This document shows, piece after piece, positions 38,401 through 51,211 of a DNA stretch of 64,000 nucleotides (position 1 is its first letter; each line of letters begins with the position of its first letter). The notes under the pieces were generated by a model. The model searched no databases. It had not been told where the DNA came from and worked only from the letters and a program-made list of their open reading frames with translations. This DNA comes from Pavona decussata (taxonomy: Eukaryota), in contig CDRNST010000096.1 of NCBI GenBank assembly GCA_977016875.1, positions 620,001 through 684,000 on the forward strand, in the 5' to 3' direction. The position numbers were made by a program, and so were the translations under genes.

Positions 38401-39149
38401 TCTCTGCGACTGAGTAGCTATTCTCGCAAATAAAAAACGTGGGGCACCTTCATTTTGTTAACACAACCAAAAAAACCAAAAACTTTATTAATGATTCGAT
38501 CCTCACATGATCGCCAAAAGAGCATGGCATAAAAGGAGTAAAAAGTAACAATGATTAGGACTTCTAAAAAGCATGCGAGAAAAGAAGCACCGTAAAACTT
38601 TCAGCTGTTTCCTATTTTAAGGAAAGGTTTCATTTCTAGTCTAAAAATGAAACATAAACAATATTTATACTTGTTAACGTGGTTTTCAACCACATGCACC
38701 AGAAATAAGGCCAAGAATTTGAAAATAGAACGTAGTGTCACTCTTATGAAAAAAAGTTACTAAATCAGATAACACTCATCCCTTCACTAACTTCCATCTG
38801 AAATATTAACTGATCAAACTTTAAACTGATAAAACATGTCATCCCAAACTGTTACAATATCGGAACACTTGTAATAACCACAACAACTTTGCGCCTAGTC
38901 GCGTTCCTTCTTTAGCTATCCGCAATTGTTTTTAAGTAAACTAGTTCTTGCGTTTCATTACCATAGACAGATAAACATTAACGACAACAGCAATAAAGAT
39001 AACTCTGACAAAAAAGGACAACTATATGCCCCCTACCCGTAATTGCTCTTTTAACACTCGTTTTCAAACTCCATAGTAAGTTTGTACAAAAAAAGCCAGG
39101 AATCTCAATGAAAGGTCTTTGCACTCAAAATGTCCCCACAGAACAGGCA

Positions 39150-39307
39150 ATTTGTAACACGGTACGACTTTGTTGCGTGCGACAACCTTACAACAGGCCT
39201 ACGACACGAATTGTTTCATGCACCAACCTGCAAGTCACTTAGGCGGTGTATTGTAGGCCTGTCGTAAGCTTGTCGCATGCGACAAGCTTGTTCCATGTAA
39301 ACCGCCC
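39150..39307. mobile_element. Palindromic MITE (Harbinger-like), left end decayed
   Basis: TTACAACAGGCCTAC...GTAGGCCTGTCGTAA and GTTGCGTGCGACAA...TTGTCGCATGCGAC inverted arms; ends GTAAACCGCCC. Confidence 0.6.
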
Positions 39308-39450
39308 TTTAAAGGGAGTTAAAAACTGCAAAATTGGTTAATCGGCCTATAGCACCTTTAGCCCTGTTGCATGAAACTTTACAAAAAAAAAACAAAGTCT
39401 GCACTGTTAAAAACCCTGTGAAGGACATTTACAAGAATCCTCAGCTAGGC

Positions 39451-42400
39451 CTAGATCTTCTTGAGACCCCTATGAACACATCTTTCATATTTAATTCGAT
39501 TCACTATAGTGTCCACTGAGACCTTCTCTAACATATCCCTTCCCCAGCTTTTTTTCTCAAGAGTCTCTTTAATACGTGGTTTCGAGATTGGGGCAGATGT
39601 CACAATCATTTCCTTGAAAGTGTTCCTTACTTTTACCAGTACAGTTGAGGTAAATACATTTTTCACGCTGCTTGTCACAGTTGGAGGAATAATGTCACTG
39701 GTGTCGGCTTGGTCCTCCAGGGTTCTCTGGACTCGCTGTTCCAGTGTCTCTTGTTCAGAGGGGAGATCTAAAGGCTCTATTGCAGTCTCTTGTTCGTACC
39801 GCCACTGTGAACGAACTTTGTCCAACACCCGTTTAGGACTCTCATTCTGGAGCTCTGGATGACTAGATAGTTTTGATCTCACAATCTCTAAGGAGACAGA
39901 TTTTTGGGCAATTTCTTCTTGAAAAACGTCTCGAACCAAATTTTCTTTTGCAGGAGACCATGAGACCTTTGACGTTTTTGACTGACACTCCTTTGGAGAC
40001 GGGACAACTGAGATTCCTTCAGGATCACTTTCCTTCTTTTGTTTCTCTCCACGCATGACACATCTCAGTTGTCTTGAGGCCTTAACGGAAGATTTCGACT
40101 TCTCGTTTAGCTTGTAATAATGCCTAGCAGTAGCCACATCATGAGCCATTAAATCAGCTAAATCACTGTGGGTCTCACTACTATTGGTTGTGCAGTGTAC
40201 TCCTGACACTGCTGACTTTCGCAGTATGGTTGTATGTATGGTACCACCAATGTCCGCTTTTTTCCAAACGGATTTCATCGCCTTGCTTATTTGGCTCGAG
40301 GCCAGACTTTCCCCATTCCAAGACAGAAAAACATGATGATCATTGTCATTTGTGGCGCCTGAAACGCGGTAGCGAACTTCTGTGACAAAGATTTGTAACC
40401 ACCGACATTTTCTGGCTCAGAACAATTCGGGCATGTCCATGGCTGTACAATGTCTTATGGTCTTTTACAAGGATCACACTGTCATCTCCCTCTGTTTTCA
40501 TTTTTTTGAACTCTCCCATTTTCATGTTTCCAGATCTGTTAGCGTTGTCGATTGAAATTTCGACAATCAAAAAGTCTCTAAGCAAAGTGTACTGACCCTG
40601 TGATATGTCTATGTTGTGCGCGCCTGACAATTTTCCTAATAGACAGATTGCATCCCTGGCGGCCTTACTTCTTTCGAACTCCTTTATCTGCTCTAGTGAA
40701 ATGAGTGCAAATCCTCCTCCATCTTCTCCCAATGTCGTTTCGCGCCGCTACGACTAAATGAAGTAGACCATCTTGCTACCTTTTCCCTCAGCGCTATAAC
40801 CTTCTCCTTTGTTGTACTTTCGCCCAAGTCAGTGGTCAGGGAAAAGGAATAAAAGTGGCGCAAGCTCATCAGATAAGATTGTGTTGTTTTGGGATGGTAT
40901 TGCTTTTTGGCGTAGCCTTCCAGAAACTTCTTATTTATTACCTGATCGTCATATAACGAGGACACCTCCATCTTTTCATCGATGATGCTTAAAAGCTTCA
41001 ACATTTTCTTGTAATGCTGCTCAGTTGTCTTCGTGTCCAGCTGCCCTCCATCTGCTGACTGAAGCCACGCCTTAAAGTCCTTTAACACCTCATGTGCATG
41101 GACATTTCCACTGACAGTTTCCGATGTGTCTTCATTCTCATTGTTTTCTTCATCGCTGTCTGGAAGGACTATACAAGGTACTGTTTGGCTGCAATGTTCA
41201 GAAACTGAAAGTCGATCTGATTCATCTTGAAATTTGTTACGACAATGGAGCCTTTTCTGGTGAATAGGTACACGATGGGAGTCCCGAACACGCTTCCCTG
41301 CTTCCTTGGAAAGGGCTTTTTTCACCTCATCAGGAGACAATTTATGAACCTTACGCAGATGCGGAGGTAGCCATTTTACTAATGCTGTACATCCTTGTAA
41401 GGGGCAGTAATGATAGTCTTTTGATCCTTTGCTTTTACTAGCCTCTTCTTCTGTTTGCTTTTTCTTCTTCGGAGCTTTCTTTGGATGCGAAAAAGAATAA
41501 GTTTTTCTCATGCCATAACGCACTAGTGCTGTCCTTGCATGTATTCGCGACCACCCATGGACGTCTTGCAGGTGCCTAGGTATGTGAACAACTTTAGACT
41601 TGCAGTAAATTATGGGACAGCGCCGGCGTTTCCAGGTGCCTCCACTTCCACTTTGCTTGCCCATGTTGTTATCTTCACAGTTGGAATCCTACAGAAAAAG
41701 TAATTATAATTTAACTTGGATACTCTGATATGTGGTTTTTGCAGGAGAAATTCCATGAAATTAAAGTCTAGCAGAAATAAACTTTTATGATGTATATGAA
41801 TTATAGCATAAGTGTATTATAATAGTCTAATACTCAATGGAAGACAAAAAACATTTTTAAGAAGCAAAATTAATAGTAGCAACGTGTGTGTAGGTTTACA
41901 AGGGGTGGGTGCTCAGACTCATGTGTTTGAGGGCTATTGAGTGCATTTTAAACCACTTTTCAATACTTGTCTTTGCTTTTACAATGTAAATAAAAAAAAG
42001 GAATGGATGGATGGATTGATGAATATTAAACAGCCTTAAAATCAGAGACGAGGCTCTTCTCTGAAAGACACTGGTTTCTCTTACCTTAGAAGCTGAGTTT
42101 CCATCATCTTTCATCACCTCATTGCTTCTCGTTCCATCGCTATCACTTTCCTCAACTTCTTCCTTTGGTTTATCACTCTCATTCTCAGAAACTTCAGTCT
42201 CATCATTTCCGGTCTCCTCTTCATCATCGTACTCATCATCATCAGAATCAGCTGAGTCAGACTTATCAGAGCCCCCATCCTAAACAGTCCAAAAAAAAAT
42301 TAATATATATATTTGTAGCATTTATTATGATAAAAGCAAGTCTGGTCAATTCATGATAATTGGATACAAACAAACAATTATTTACATGCACAAAAACACC

Positions 42401-42773
42401 TTGATACCTATTAAACTGCTTCAATAAACAATGACCATGGATATAACAACATAATATATCTGACTAAATGCTTCAAACAACAAACTAGTAATTAAAATTA
42501 TATCAAATAAGATGTGTGATATTAACTAACAAACAGATAATTCATAAAGATATTTGAACATTGGGTAAGTGATTGTGACTACTTGCCAAAAGACATAATT
42601 TTTCAAGTAACAAACAACAATTGAAACAATCTTTGAATTGTTCAAACTGTTTCATGTTTTAAGCGTATTCATGTGTTGATTATTCAAAGTAATTAATAAG
42701 TAAAATGTACTATTGATGTACTCACAGAAGATTCAGACTCTGAACAGTGAAGCTTTTTCAAAAAGTCACCAGC
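39451..42773 (-). pseudogene. Tyrosine recombinase (Crypton-like) copy 3, spliced
   Basis: Phase-0 exons 42726-42773 (48 nt), 42085-42279 (195 nt, acidic) and main exon 39451-41688, all with GT-AG ends. Motifs NANR, DHKT, TILRKSA, LMAHDVATARHYY are all present. Frameshifts near 40705 and 40400. Confidence 0.92.
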
Positions 42774-43246
42774 CTGAAAGTAAAGAGCAAGAAATAAATA
42801 ATAAGGTTACTGATCATTTAACTTTTGAACACTATTAGAAAATACTGAATGATTTTAAAAATGTCACATGACATTCAATAATCATTCCAAAATTACCATA
42901 TACACTGTCATCTCAACAATCACCATATTATCCCCCGAACCTCCCATTTGCCCTTTAGCCTCAACCTTTTAATGGAAAGAAACCTACTTAAGGAACAAAG
43001 CTATTGATTTAACAAAATAAGAAAAAAATTGCTTGGCTGATTGGTCAACCTATCAATCAATATATTGATTGAATAATGGATGGATAGATTGAGCAAGAAA
43101 TTTAATTCTCGTACTCATTAATAATTCATCAAGAGAAAACAAAGAAAATCACTGCCGTGACCGTGGTTTGGATATGTGATCCTAATTACCATAGAATTTT
43201 GCCAACTTTAGCCTTGAATTTCTCCAAGAATTATTGATCATTTGAG

Positions 43247-43399
43247 AAGCTATATCAAACACTCAAAAGTGTGTTTCATCAGATATCCAAACACCTCGAA
43301 GTCGTTGAAAAAAACTCGGCTGCGCCTCGTTTTTTCAACCTACTTCTCAGTGTTTGGATATCTGATGAAACACCCTTCCTCGTGTTTGATATATTACTT
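43247..43399. mobile_element. Short palindromic non-autonomous element
   Basis: TATATCAAACAC..GTTTCATCAGATATCCAAACAC / GTGTTTGGATATCTGATGAAAC..GTGTTTGATATA. Confidence 0.75.
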
Positions 43400-44773
43400 G
43401 AAAGATGGGAAGATGAAAAGTGCTTCAGGACATGTTACCATGAATGCAAGGCCAAACCTTGAGAAGTGTGCAACATAATTATTATTACAACTGCCTGTTG
43501 TGCATGTATCAAACGGAAGGATTTGGCAAAGTTCCAAATTTAAATCCTTGTTAAATTGCCACGCAACTTAGGTTAGATAATGATTAGTCCAGGCGAACAT
43601 CCTCTGTCTGTCACGCAACACTACGTTTTCTCTAGAGAGGGTCCAGGGGCAATTGTCTGTGCATGCTCCATTAATCAGATCAGTTTTCTAGCTGCCCACT
43701 ACTGTCCATGTATTCGAGGTTGCTGTATATCACCTCTACCTCTGTTCTCTTTTAAAAGTTACTGGCGGTCAATGTAACACTCACTCCTATCAAATCACTT
43801 TAAATCTCAAGAATATTTTAATTGATTGTGTCTAAGATATCTGGTTTGAGCATGTTTATAATTTGTATCTCCTAGACTCAAACAAAATAGTTTGGTGGCG
43901 ACTCATTATGTGTGAATAGATGCTAAATAAATGAAAACAAATTCATGATTAAAAATTTGAAGGAAGGTATATTTGAATCCTGTCAAGTACTTATTGGGCA
44001 ATTACAAGACATTTGCATTTGTGGGAAAATACAACCATTGGCAGGTTTTGAATGTATGCCAATCAAAAACGTTTTCAATTCTGATTCATTAAATTTATCT
44101 ACAGTTTTATTTGGATGTATTTAAGCAGTACCTTTGAACATTGGAAATTCAAAATACTTTTGAGTTTAGAGACAACTGTGATTTGTGTTAATTAGGTAAT
44201 GAGGAAAAATTACAAATCAATCTTTAAATGCCATAGAACTAAAAGCTACCTTTTTGCCGATTGAACATAAGATGCACCTTGGGCGTTGTAAATTGTAATC
44301 AAACCTTTTTTTTTAATTTTTTTTTTAAGCTAAGTCTTGTATTGTATTTTCTTTGCTTGTATTTATGTTTGTAACTATTTCACTGTAACTCTTCACTGGA
44401 AGTGAAATAAAAAAGACAAAAAAAAAGGTACTGAGGTAGAGATGATTAATTGGGATCCGTCCAGACTTGTGTTCTTAGAGTGACAAATAATTAGTTCACC
44501 GTGGGCATGTGCAAGCAATTATTCCTGGATCCTATCTTCCAAGAGCATAGTGTTGCTTGACAGACAGCTCGAGGGCCAGAACCAGGTCATGATTTATTTA
44601 GCAGGTTACACTAAATTTATTGTTCTGTTTGTACATTCGTGTATCTACTCTGACAAATCAAATCATTATGTAACCTTCCAAATGAATCATCATGTGGTCA
44701 CAATTGGGTGACAACAATGATGGTTAGCAGAAATTATCCATCCAAGAAGGCACACATCAACTAGGTAGGTACC

Positions 44774-44970
44774 CCCGGGGAGTGCTCCCTCATATGGCCA
44801 AAGGGTATGGTCATTTAGCCGTTTTGGTCTGCAATAGGGTATCAAATTTCTTATCAGATATGAAATAGGGTAGGGAAAATCACAGATTTTGGTCTGAAAT
44901 AGGGTATGGGTTTCAGGAAGCCCGCCGCACACCCCCACCTAATTTTTCTGGAAGTATCACCCCCCTGGGG
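44774..44970. mobile_element. MITE with CCCGGGGG...CCCCC(T)GGG ends
   Basis: GC-rich inverted ends around repeated AATAGGGTA motifs. Confidence 0.55.
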
Positions 44971-46459
44971 GGGGGGGGTGGGTACACTAAAAGAAAACAA
45001 AAAAACATTACTTACATTTAATGGCTTCATCTCTTTATCGTACCAAATGACGGACATCAATTACAGACTGAATGAACTGCTCTGAAATAAATGTATAAAT
45101 GGAAATAAACAACGATTCTAACTTTGTTGCTTTGGGTAGAGACGGTTGACATCCATCAAAAGACTTGTCTAGACTTTTTAAAATCATAATAAGGCAGATA
45201 AAGAAGGTAATTGTTATGTTTCGTATCCATGAATCAGCTCTCCAGCTAAAGAAGGTAGGCTTTGAAGTTTAAAGTACAGAGCCAGTCAGACTTTTAAAGC
45301 ATGTGAGAAAACAAACACTTACCTCGAAAAACTCTTCACTCGATCGTAAGTCGAGCAAAACAGCTTGCAAACATTTAAACGCACGTGGAAAGACGAACAA
45401 TCCGATGGAGCGACTGCAGATTGGTAGTCACCGCCTCGACAAACTCCCAATTTGATCGTAAGCCAAGACACTCGCAGACGTCTTAACGCACGTGGAAAGA
45501 TGAACGATCAAATCGAGCAACTGCAGATTGGTAGTCACCGCTGTTTGAGCCGGCTGGCCGTCTTTGCTTATTTTGCTTTTCATTGAGATGACAGATTACC
45601 AGTAAATACAGGTACATGAGTTTATTTTTCGTCGAATTAATTATAGCACTTGTAATGCTAGTTTCTTCGAAAAATAAAATAATAACAGGAATGTTACAAA
45701 TGTGACGAATGTTACTATGTCTGACCGGGCGCCGGAAGCCACTTAAATAGACGATTATTTATTTCCATTAGTTTCATATTGATCTTGACAAACAATTCCA
45801 GTTCGCTGCTCTAACTGCTGCTAGGTAGTTCGGTAGGAGAGGCACGGTGTAAGGTGGAGGAGTGGCGGAGGAGAGAAAGAGGGGGGGACTGAGGGGGGTT
45901 TCTTGTACGTAGGTTCCTCAGTAGTGGAATACCCACACGATAAAAAAAATTGCGGAATTTAGACACTCGAAAATAAAACGACGTATCCGACTGAGTAGAC
46001 CAAACAAAAAGAGCAACAACAACCAAAACTAAACAAGTAGGTTGGATCACATGATTACAGATACTTGATTTGTTTCGTTTAATTTCGATTTTTTTAAGCA
46101 CGGTTTTGAAACCCTCCATCCTCTTTGACCTGTGTCGATTGGAAAGACTGTTCAATACTCGTACACTGCTTAGTAAACGCTCCTTAAAGTAGCCACGAGC
46201 TACACTAGGAGAAAATGCCATCCTCAAACCGAAAGAAGCGAGCTCCTTATTTTCTCTTGCCTCTAAACTACATTAATTCCAGCGTTCTCGCGACCTTCCC
46301 GTTCCCGCGATTTCATGTATAGGTGTCTAGATACATTCTTTTCTCATCGTTATTACGAGCGATAGGTCTTTTATTAAATAAGGAAAAAATACACATACAA
46401 AATGGCTGTTTTCATGAAGCAAGCAAGGAAAAATGGATTGCCATTGTTTTGTTGAAATG

Positions 46460-46864
46460 CTCGAATAAGCTTCCGAGGTGCTTATTTAATTTTCTAAGGC
46501 GAGAGGGGGGCGCTTATTTCGTTTATCAATTCTTAGTCTCAAAATGACATTATCTTTTTTGCTATTTAAAACCAAACTGCAACATAAATTCAAAAACCCT
46601 ATAGAAAACTACTTTTTGAGTACCGAAACTCATTTTTTCTTGGATATTTCTATCAAGGAAATGAGAAGCAAACCCGTGGGACTTTGAAAGGACATTACTG
46701 TTTATACTATTTAACAATGCGTCTCGTATATCGTACCGAGTACCGAAACTTATTTTTTCTCTGGGGAGGTGGGGCGCTTATTACAACTTTTGAGCCTTAG
46801 GAGGGGCGCTAATTCGAAGTGGGGCGCTTATTTGAAGCTGGGCGCTAACTTGAGTGTTTACGGT
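46460..46864. mobile_element. Tc1/mariner-pogo-type MITE relic
   Basis: Clustered GGGGCGCTTATT repeats; right end TTTACGG|TA. Confidence 0.5.
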
Positions 46865-47691
46865 ATGCCAGCGCGCGACTGACCTATCCCTTGCCTCTGT
46901 AATTTAAAACTCTCATTTATAAAAGCATTGAACACCTTACTGTAGAAAAGGATAATTGAAACATTACCAGCCCCGGAAAAAAGATCCATAGGGATAAATG
47001 TGTTTAAGTGGTGCAGAGTACTGCAAAAGAGCGTAATTTCGTATTCCGGGTCAACTTTTTCTCGTTGCTATGCTGTTCAACGCCTCTTCTAATATCTAAA
47101 AGGTAAACGATGAAAAGAGTACCAGGCAAGAAACCATGTTTGATAATAATGTTTGATATTGTATTTCGAAGACGACTTCCTTATATTGTGAGTCTCAAAG
47201 GGAATTAATTTTATGGAACATTATACCCCTTTAATTTTCGCGGTAGCGCAAAAGCGAAAAGAGTGAAAAAATAACTTTTCACAGGTCTAACTCCTTTTTG
47301 TTTTAAAGGACAAACCTGAAATTGAGGTCAGTCATTGCTGTCAGGCTAATGTTTAATTTGATTGTATTAATGATTGTTATCTCTCAAGAAATTGTGTGGA
47401 AAACCCTTGCTGGAACATATGGCAAACCAGGAACTTTTGTAACGTTGACGTTTTTGAGACATGGTTAACTTCAAATCTACACTAAAAAATAAGGAAAATT
47501 TTTATGAACTTTCTGTTTCCGTTGTTAAATTTCTTGATATCTACTTTAACTTGTGTCAAAGTTTTGTGAAGATTGAGTCAATCAGGGAGGCACAATTGTG
47601 ATTTGAAAGTCGCTTTGTACAAAACGGGAATTTTGCGAATCGTGATTAGGCAGTACTGAGCGAAAGAGGGAAATGTTACAGATGTGCCCTA

Positions 47692-47833
47692 NNNNNNNNN
47701 NNNNNNNNNNNNNNNNNNNNNNNNNNNNNNNNNNNNNNNNNNNNNNNNNNNNNNNNNNNNNNNNNNNNNNNNNNNNNNNNNNNNNNNNNNNNNNNNNNNN
47801 NNNNNNNNNNNNNNNNNNNNNNNNNNNNNNNNN
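47692..47833. other. Assembly gap (142 N) at the predicted unit A/B junction
   Basis: N run flanked on the left by inverted GTGCCCTA and on the right by forward GGGCACTTTT repeats. Confidence 0.99.
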
Positions 47834-47837
47834 CTGT

Positions 47838-47970
47838 CCAGGGACTTTTGTCACATGGGGCACTTTTGCAACATATCGTAGGGCACTTTTTCCACATTAC
47901 GGCACTTTGGCAACGTGGGTTAGGGCACTTTTGTCACAATAGGGCGCTTTGGCAACGGGCATTTTGGCCA
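47838..47970 (+). repeat. Left subterminal repeat array of YR unit B
   Basis: ~7 copies of the (T)AGGGCACTTTTG(T/G)CAC/CAAC motif, ~19-23-bp spacing. Confidence 0.85.
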
Positions 47971-48984
47971 CTTAACAAAGACTCTTTATTGAGAATAACT
48001 AGAGACTTAGCTTGCCTATGTTTAAATACAGCACACCTTTTTCGAGGCTAGTGCCAGCATTCAGGTGCAATAATTCTTATGTTGAAATTTCCCATTATAT
48101 TTCTTTCAAAGGCAAATTAAAAATGAAAAGTATATGTGCTGGCCTGTTTACAGCTGCCTCCTTTCCTCAAACTGCATCTATCCATTTCATTTTATTATTT
48201 TTTAACAGCCATACTGAAGCTATATATTAACGTGTATAAGAAAAAAATAATTTAAATGCATATGACTTGTAAAAAACGTGAATCTTTTAAGGACACAACT
48301 TACTAAATGTTTTAAGCTAAATAAAATTTGAAAATCGCTGATTTATGCTCTAACGATTATGCTCTAACGATTTTGTATGCGCCTCGCGGTAAGTGCGACT
48401 CAGCGAAAATCACAACTCTGCGTCTCCTTTATTCTGGCTAAAGGCTAAGTACTACCACATAATATCCAGCGAATTTTACCCGACTGTCGTTTCTTACAGG
48501 ATTCCCCTGTTTCGAAGACTATTCTGTTTTTCCATGCGAAAAATTCCAAAAAGAAGGCTCATGGCTTAAACTTTTGGAAGACACAGTAAAATACGGCGCA
48601 AGTTATCGTATATGGGATCGTTTCATCTAGTTGGTGATGGCAATTAATTCTCCCTCCTAGGTTAAAAATAGATAACATATCATATTTCTTACTGTAGTGA
48701 TGGTAGACCGTGTTGTGATGGTAGACCGTCATAAAATGATACATAACACATGGAATGCTTTCACCCCTGACTGTATTTTATCGTTGGCCATTTATAACTA
48801 TTTAGGATTGACTACAAATGACATTAGTGCAAGTGTTTTGGTTTTATTGTGATCTTGCAAAAGTCACGCATTCTCGACGTGACATAACCAAATAGTGTGA
48901 CATTGTTTTCCCTCAGTCACAAAATAAAGCAAAGACTTGTGTTTAATACTTTGTGGCCTCATTCTCCCCTAGACAATTTTTTCT

Positions 48985-50061
48985 TTAGTATTTAGTACGG
49001 CCGCCTCTACTGTTTACAACTAAATCTAATCGCTTATACATTGACCCGATAGTATTGTCAATAATTTCTCTTCGCACCGAGTATAGCGTACTTTTCACTC
49101 GTTGTGCAAACTCTTGAAATGACTCAGATGTCAGATGTGATGTTATCGCTTGTCTCCTTAACTCACGCTTTACTACATTAAAAACATTCTCGATAGGATT
49201 TAAATCGCCACTGCGCTTAGGAATAGCAAATAATTTGCCCCCAACGTCTTTGACAGCTCGTCGTGCCTTTGCACAATTCAAAATAGGACAATTATCATGC
49301 ACAAATAACTTAGAACCTTGTTTACCGCTCTTTGTAAACATTTTCGGAAAATTTCTACGTACAAATGCAGAGAAGTAATCCCCATCCAGTTTATCATACT
49401 GTTCACAATAAATGACCCCTTTCCAATATGAGATAGCCACAATCATTTTCACAACTCTACCCCCGGAGCCCACATGCGAACCCTTGGCAGTGCACGAGAG
49501 TCCTTCATTCCGTTTACGCCAAACTTTCCCCTGAGGTGTTCTTGCATCGTCCAACGGATTGGTTTTGTGATAAAAACTGACCCCATCGAGGTAAAAACAA
49601 ATGCCATTTTGGAAAAAGTCTTCCGGGTAGGTCCTTTTAACCGTACGAGCAAATTGACGACGTTCACTGTAATCTTTGTCCGTTAAGATACCTTTTTTTC
49701 GAGCCTCCATGAAGCGATATCCCATCCGCTTTAACGTACGATTTACTGTCCACGAAGATACGTGATGTAACCCTGATTCAGCTCTTATTCGGTGGCATGA
49801 AAAATTCCCTTCTTGCTTGCGCAGCTTGTTGATATTTCGTTCAATAACCCTTTCCTCTCGTCCAGTTATTGCACGAGGCCTCCCGCGTGTCCCGCGTGAC
49901 TGTCTGTTCTTGTCGCAAGTGTTTGTGTTTAAACAGCGATAAACGGACGCCCAAGATATACCACAGAGATGTACTATTTCACGCACAGTTAAATCGCTTT
50001 GTAAACGAAGACATCTCACATACGCTTTCGTCTGTGCATCTATATGTCCGCGATAAACCAT
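48985..50061 (-). CDS. Tc1-family DD34E transposase, open reading frame intact
   Basis: N-terminal HTH, GRPR linker, FYLDG, FVHDN, SGDLNPIENV with 34 residues between D and E, terminal GGRTKY. No matched TIR pair found. Confidence 0.9.
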   Translation of the reverse strand: MVYRGHIDAQTKAYVRCLRLQSDLTVREIVHLCGISWASVYRCLNTNTCDKNRQSRGTRGRPRAITGREERVIERNINKLRKQEGNFSCHRIRAESGLHHVSSWTVNRTLKRMGYRFMEARKKGILTDKDYSERRQFARTVKRTYPEDFFQNGICFYLDGVSFYHKTNPLDDARTPQGKVWRKRNEGLSCTAKGSHVGSGGRVVKMIVAISYWKGVIYCEQYDKLDGDYFSAFVRRNFPKMFTKSGKQGSKLFVHDNCPILNCAKARRAVKDVGGKLFAIPKRSGDLNPIENVFNVVKRELRRQAITSHLTSESFQEFAQRVKSTLYSVRREIIDNTIGSMYKRLDLVVNSRGGRTKY

Positions 50062-50290
50062 TTTCTTTTACACAACGGAAGAAAACAAGAAACTCCGTAA
50101 CGTCACAAAGAGCGAATTGACAATGCCACGAATTCGAACGGCCTATTTAGCGCACTTCCACCCCAATTAGAACCCTAAAATGTCCAGTGATGTACTAAAT
50201 AGATGTTGCATTTTCCAAATTTAGGTCAACATCATTTGTACGTTCCTCCACATCCGAGAAAAGGGCCTGGATGTTCACCCCTAACTCAGA

Positions 50291-50554
50291 CAACTAGTTG
50301 CAAAAAGACTTGAGACACTGTAACATATTTGGCCTTAAATGAAGTTGCCGTGATCACGTGCTTTCCATTCCCCCTCCCCCCCTTATCAATGTTGTTAGCA
50401 ATGCAAGATGACGCTCAAAATTTGGAGGAAGAACTTTGTATGGAGGGGAGGGAGGGGGGTACTGTCATGTCTCACAGATTTATGAGCGGCAGCAATTTGA
50501 AGTGGTAAAGGGCGATTTTTGGTTGGAGTGTCTCACTATTTTTGCAACTGGTTG
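50291..50554. mobile_element. Tc1/mariner-type MITE
   Basis: TIR CAAC(T/C)AGTTGCAAAAA..TGAGACACT / AGTGTCTCA..TTTTTGCAACTGGTTG|TA. Confidence 0.75.
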
Positions 50555-51211
50555 TAGCTTACAACTGTTACATTGGAAATCTCGCTAACTTTTATAAACA
50601 TCAAGATCTAGTAATGTTCCTACTCTTACTGGAAGCAGATGTTGATTTAACTTAGTAGAGGGTCATGATGGTACCGGTATGTTTGTAGTACAAATAAAAA
50701 AAAAACGTACCTGCGATGTACGGTGGCTAACCATAGGCCATTTTTCATTGCATTACTAGCCCTGTAGTTCAAAAAGCTAAATCTTGAATCTAGTATGACC
50801 TAAGAAATCTAGGAATCTTTAGGTGGAATTAAGCTTGCAATTCATCTTTCGCTCGTATTTTAAACGATTGGTGATTTGCTTCAAGGTGAACATCTGTAGT
50901 ATCTCTCTTCCCTCTTCCTCTTTGCTTAGTAACCCGTGAACAACATTTTGGGAAATGACGCCTGATTTCACCACTTCACCACAAAACTGGAGTAAATACT
51001 TTCTGTGCTCATCAGTAAACATATTCTTACTCACATAGCTCGAGTTTGAGGGAGGGGCCATAGATGCGCTGCTGTCATCGCGTGAAAAGTACCGACACAT
51101 CTTGTTGTCTAAAGTGTCAATTTCTTTGGGCAATTCAGGAGAGGGCTGGTCGTCAGCCATCTCTGACATTTTGTGGCTGGTGTTGTTGCTGAAGCGCCAC
51201 TCACTAAGAAT

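Noticed and set aside
45379-46227. 55-bp duplication (45379 and 45486) and ORF 45811-46227
   Set aside because: No recognisable domain or boundaries, so no call can be supported.
47582-47942. ORFs spanning the N run
   Set aside because: Artefacts of the assembly gap.
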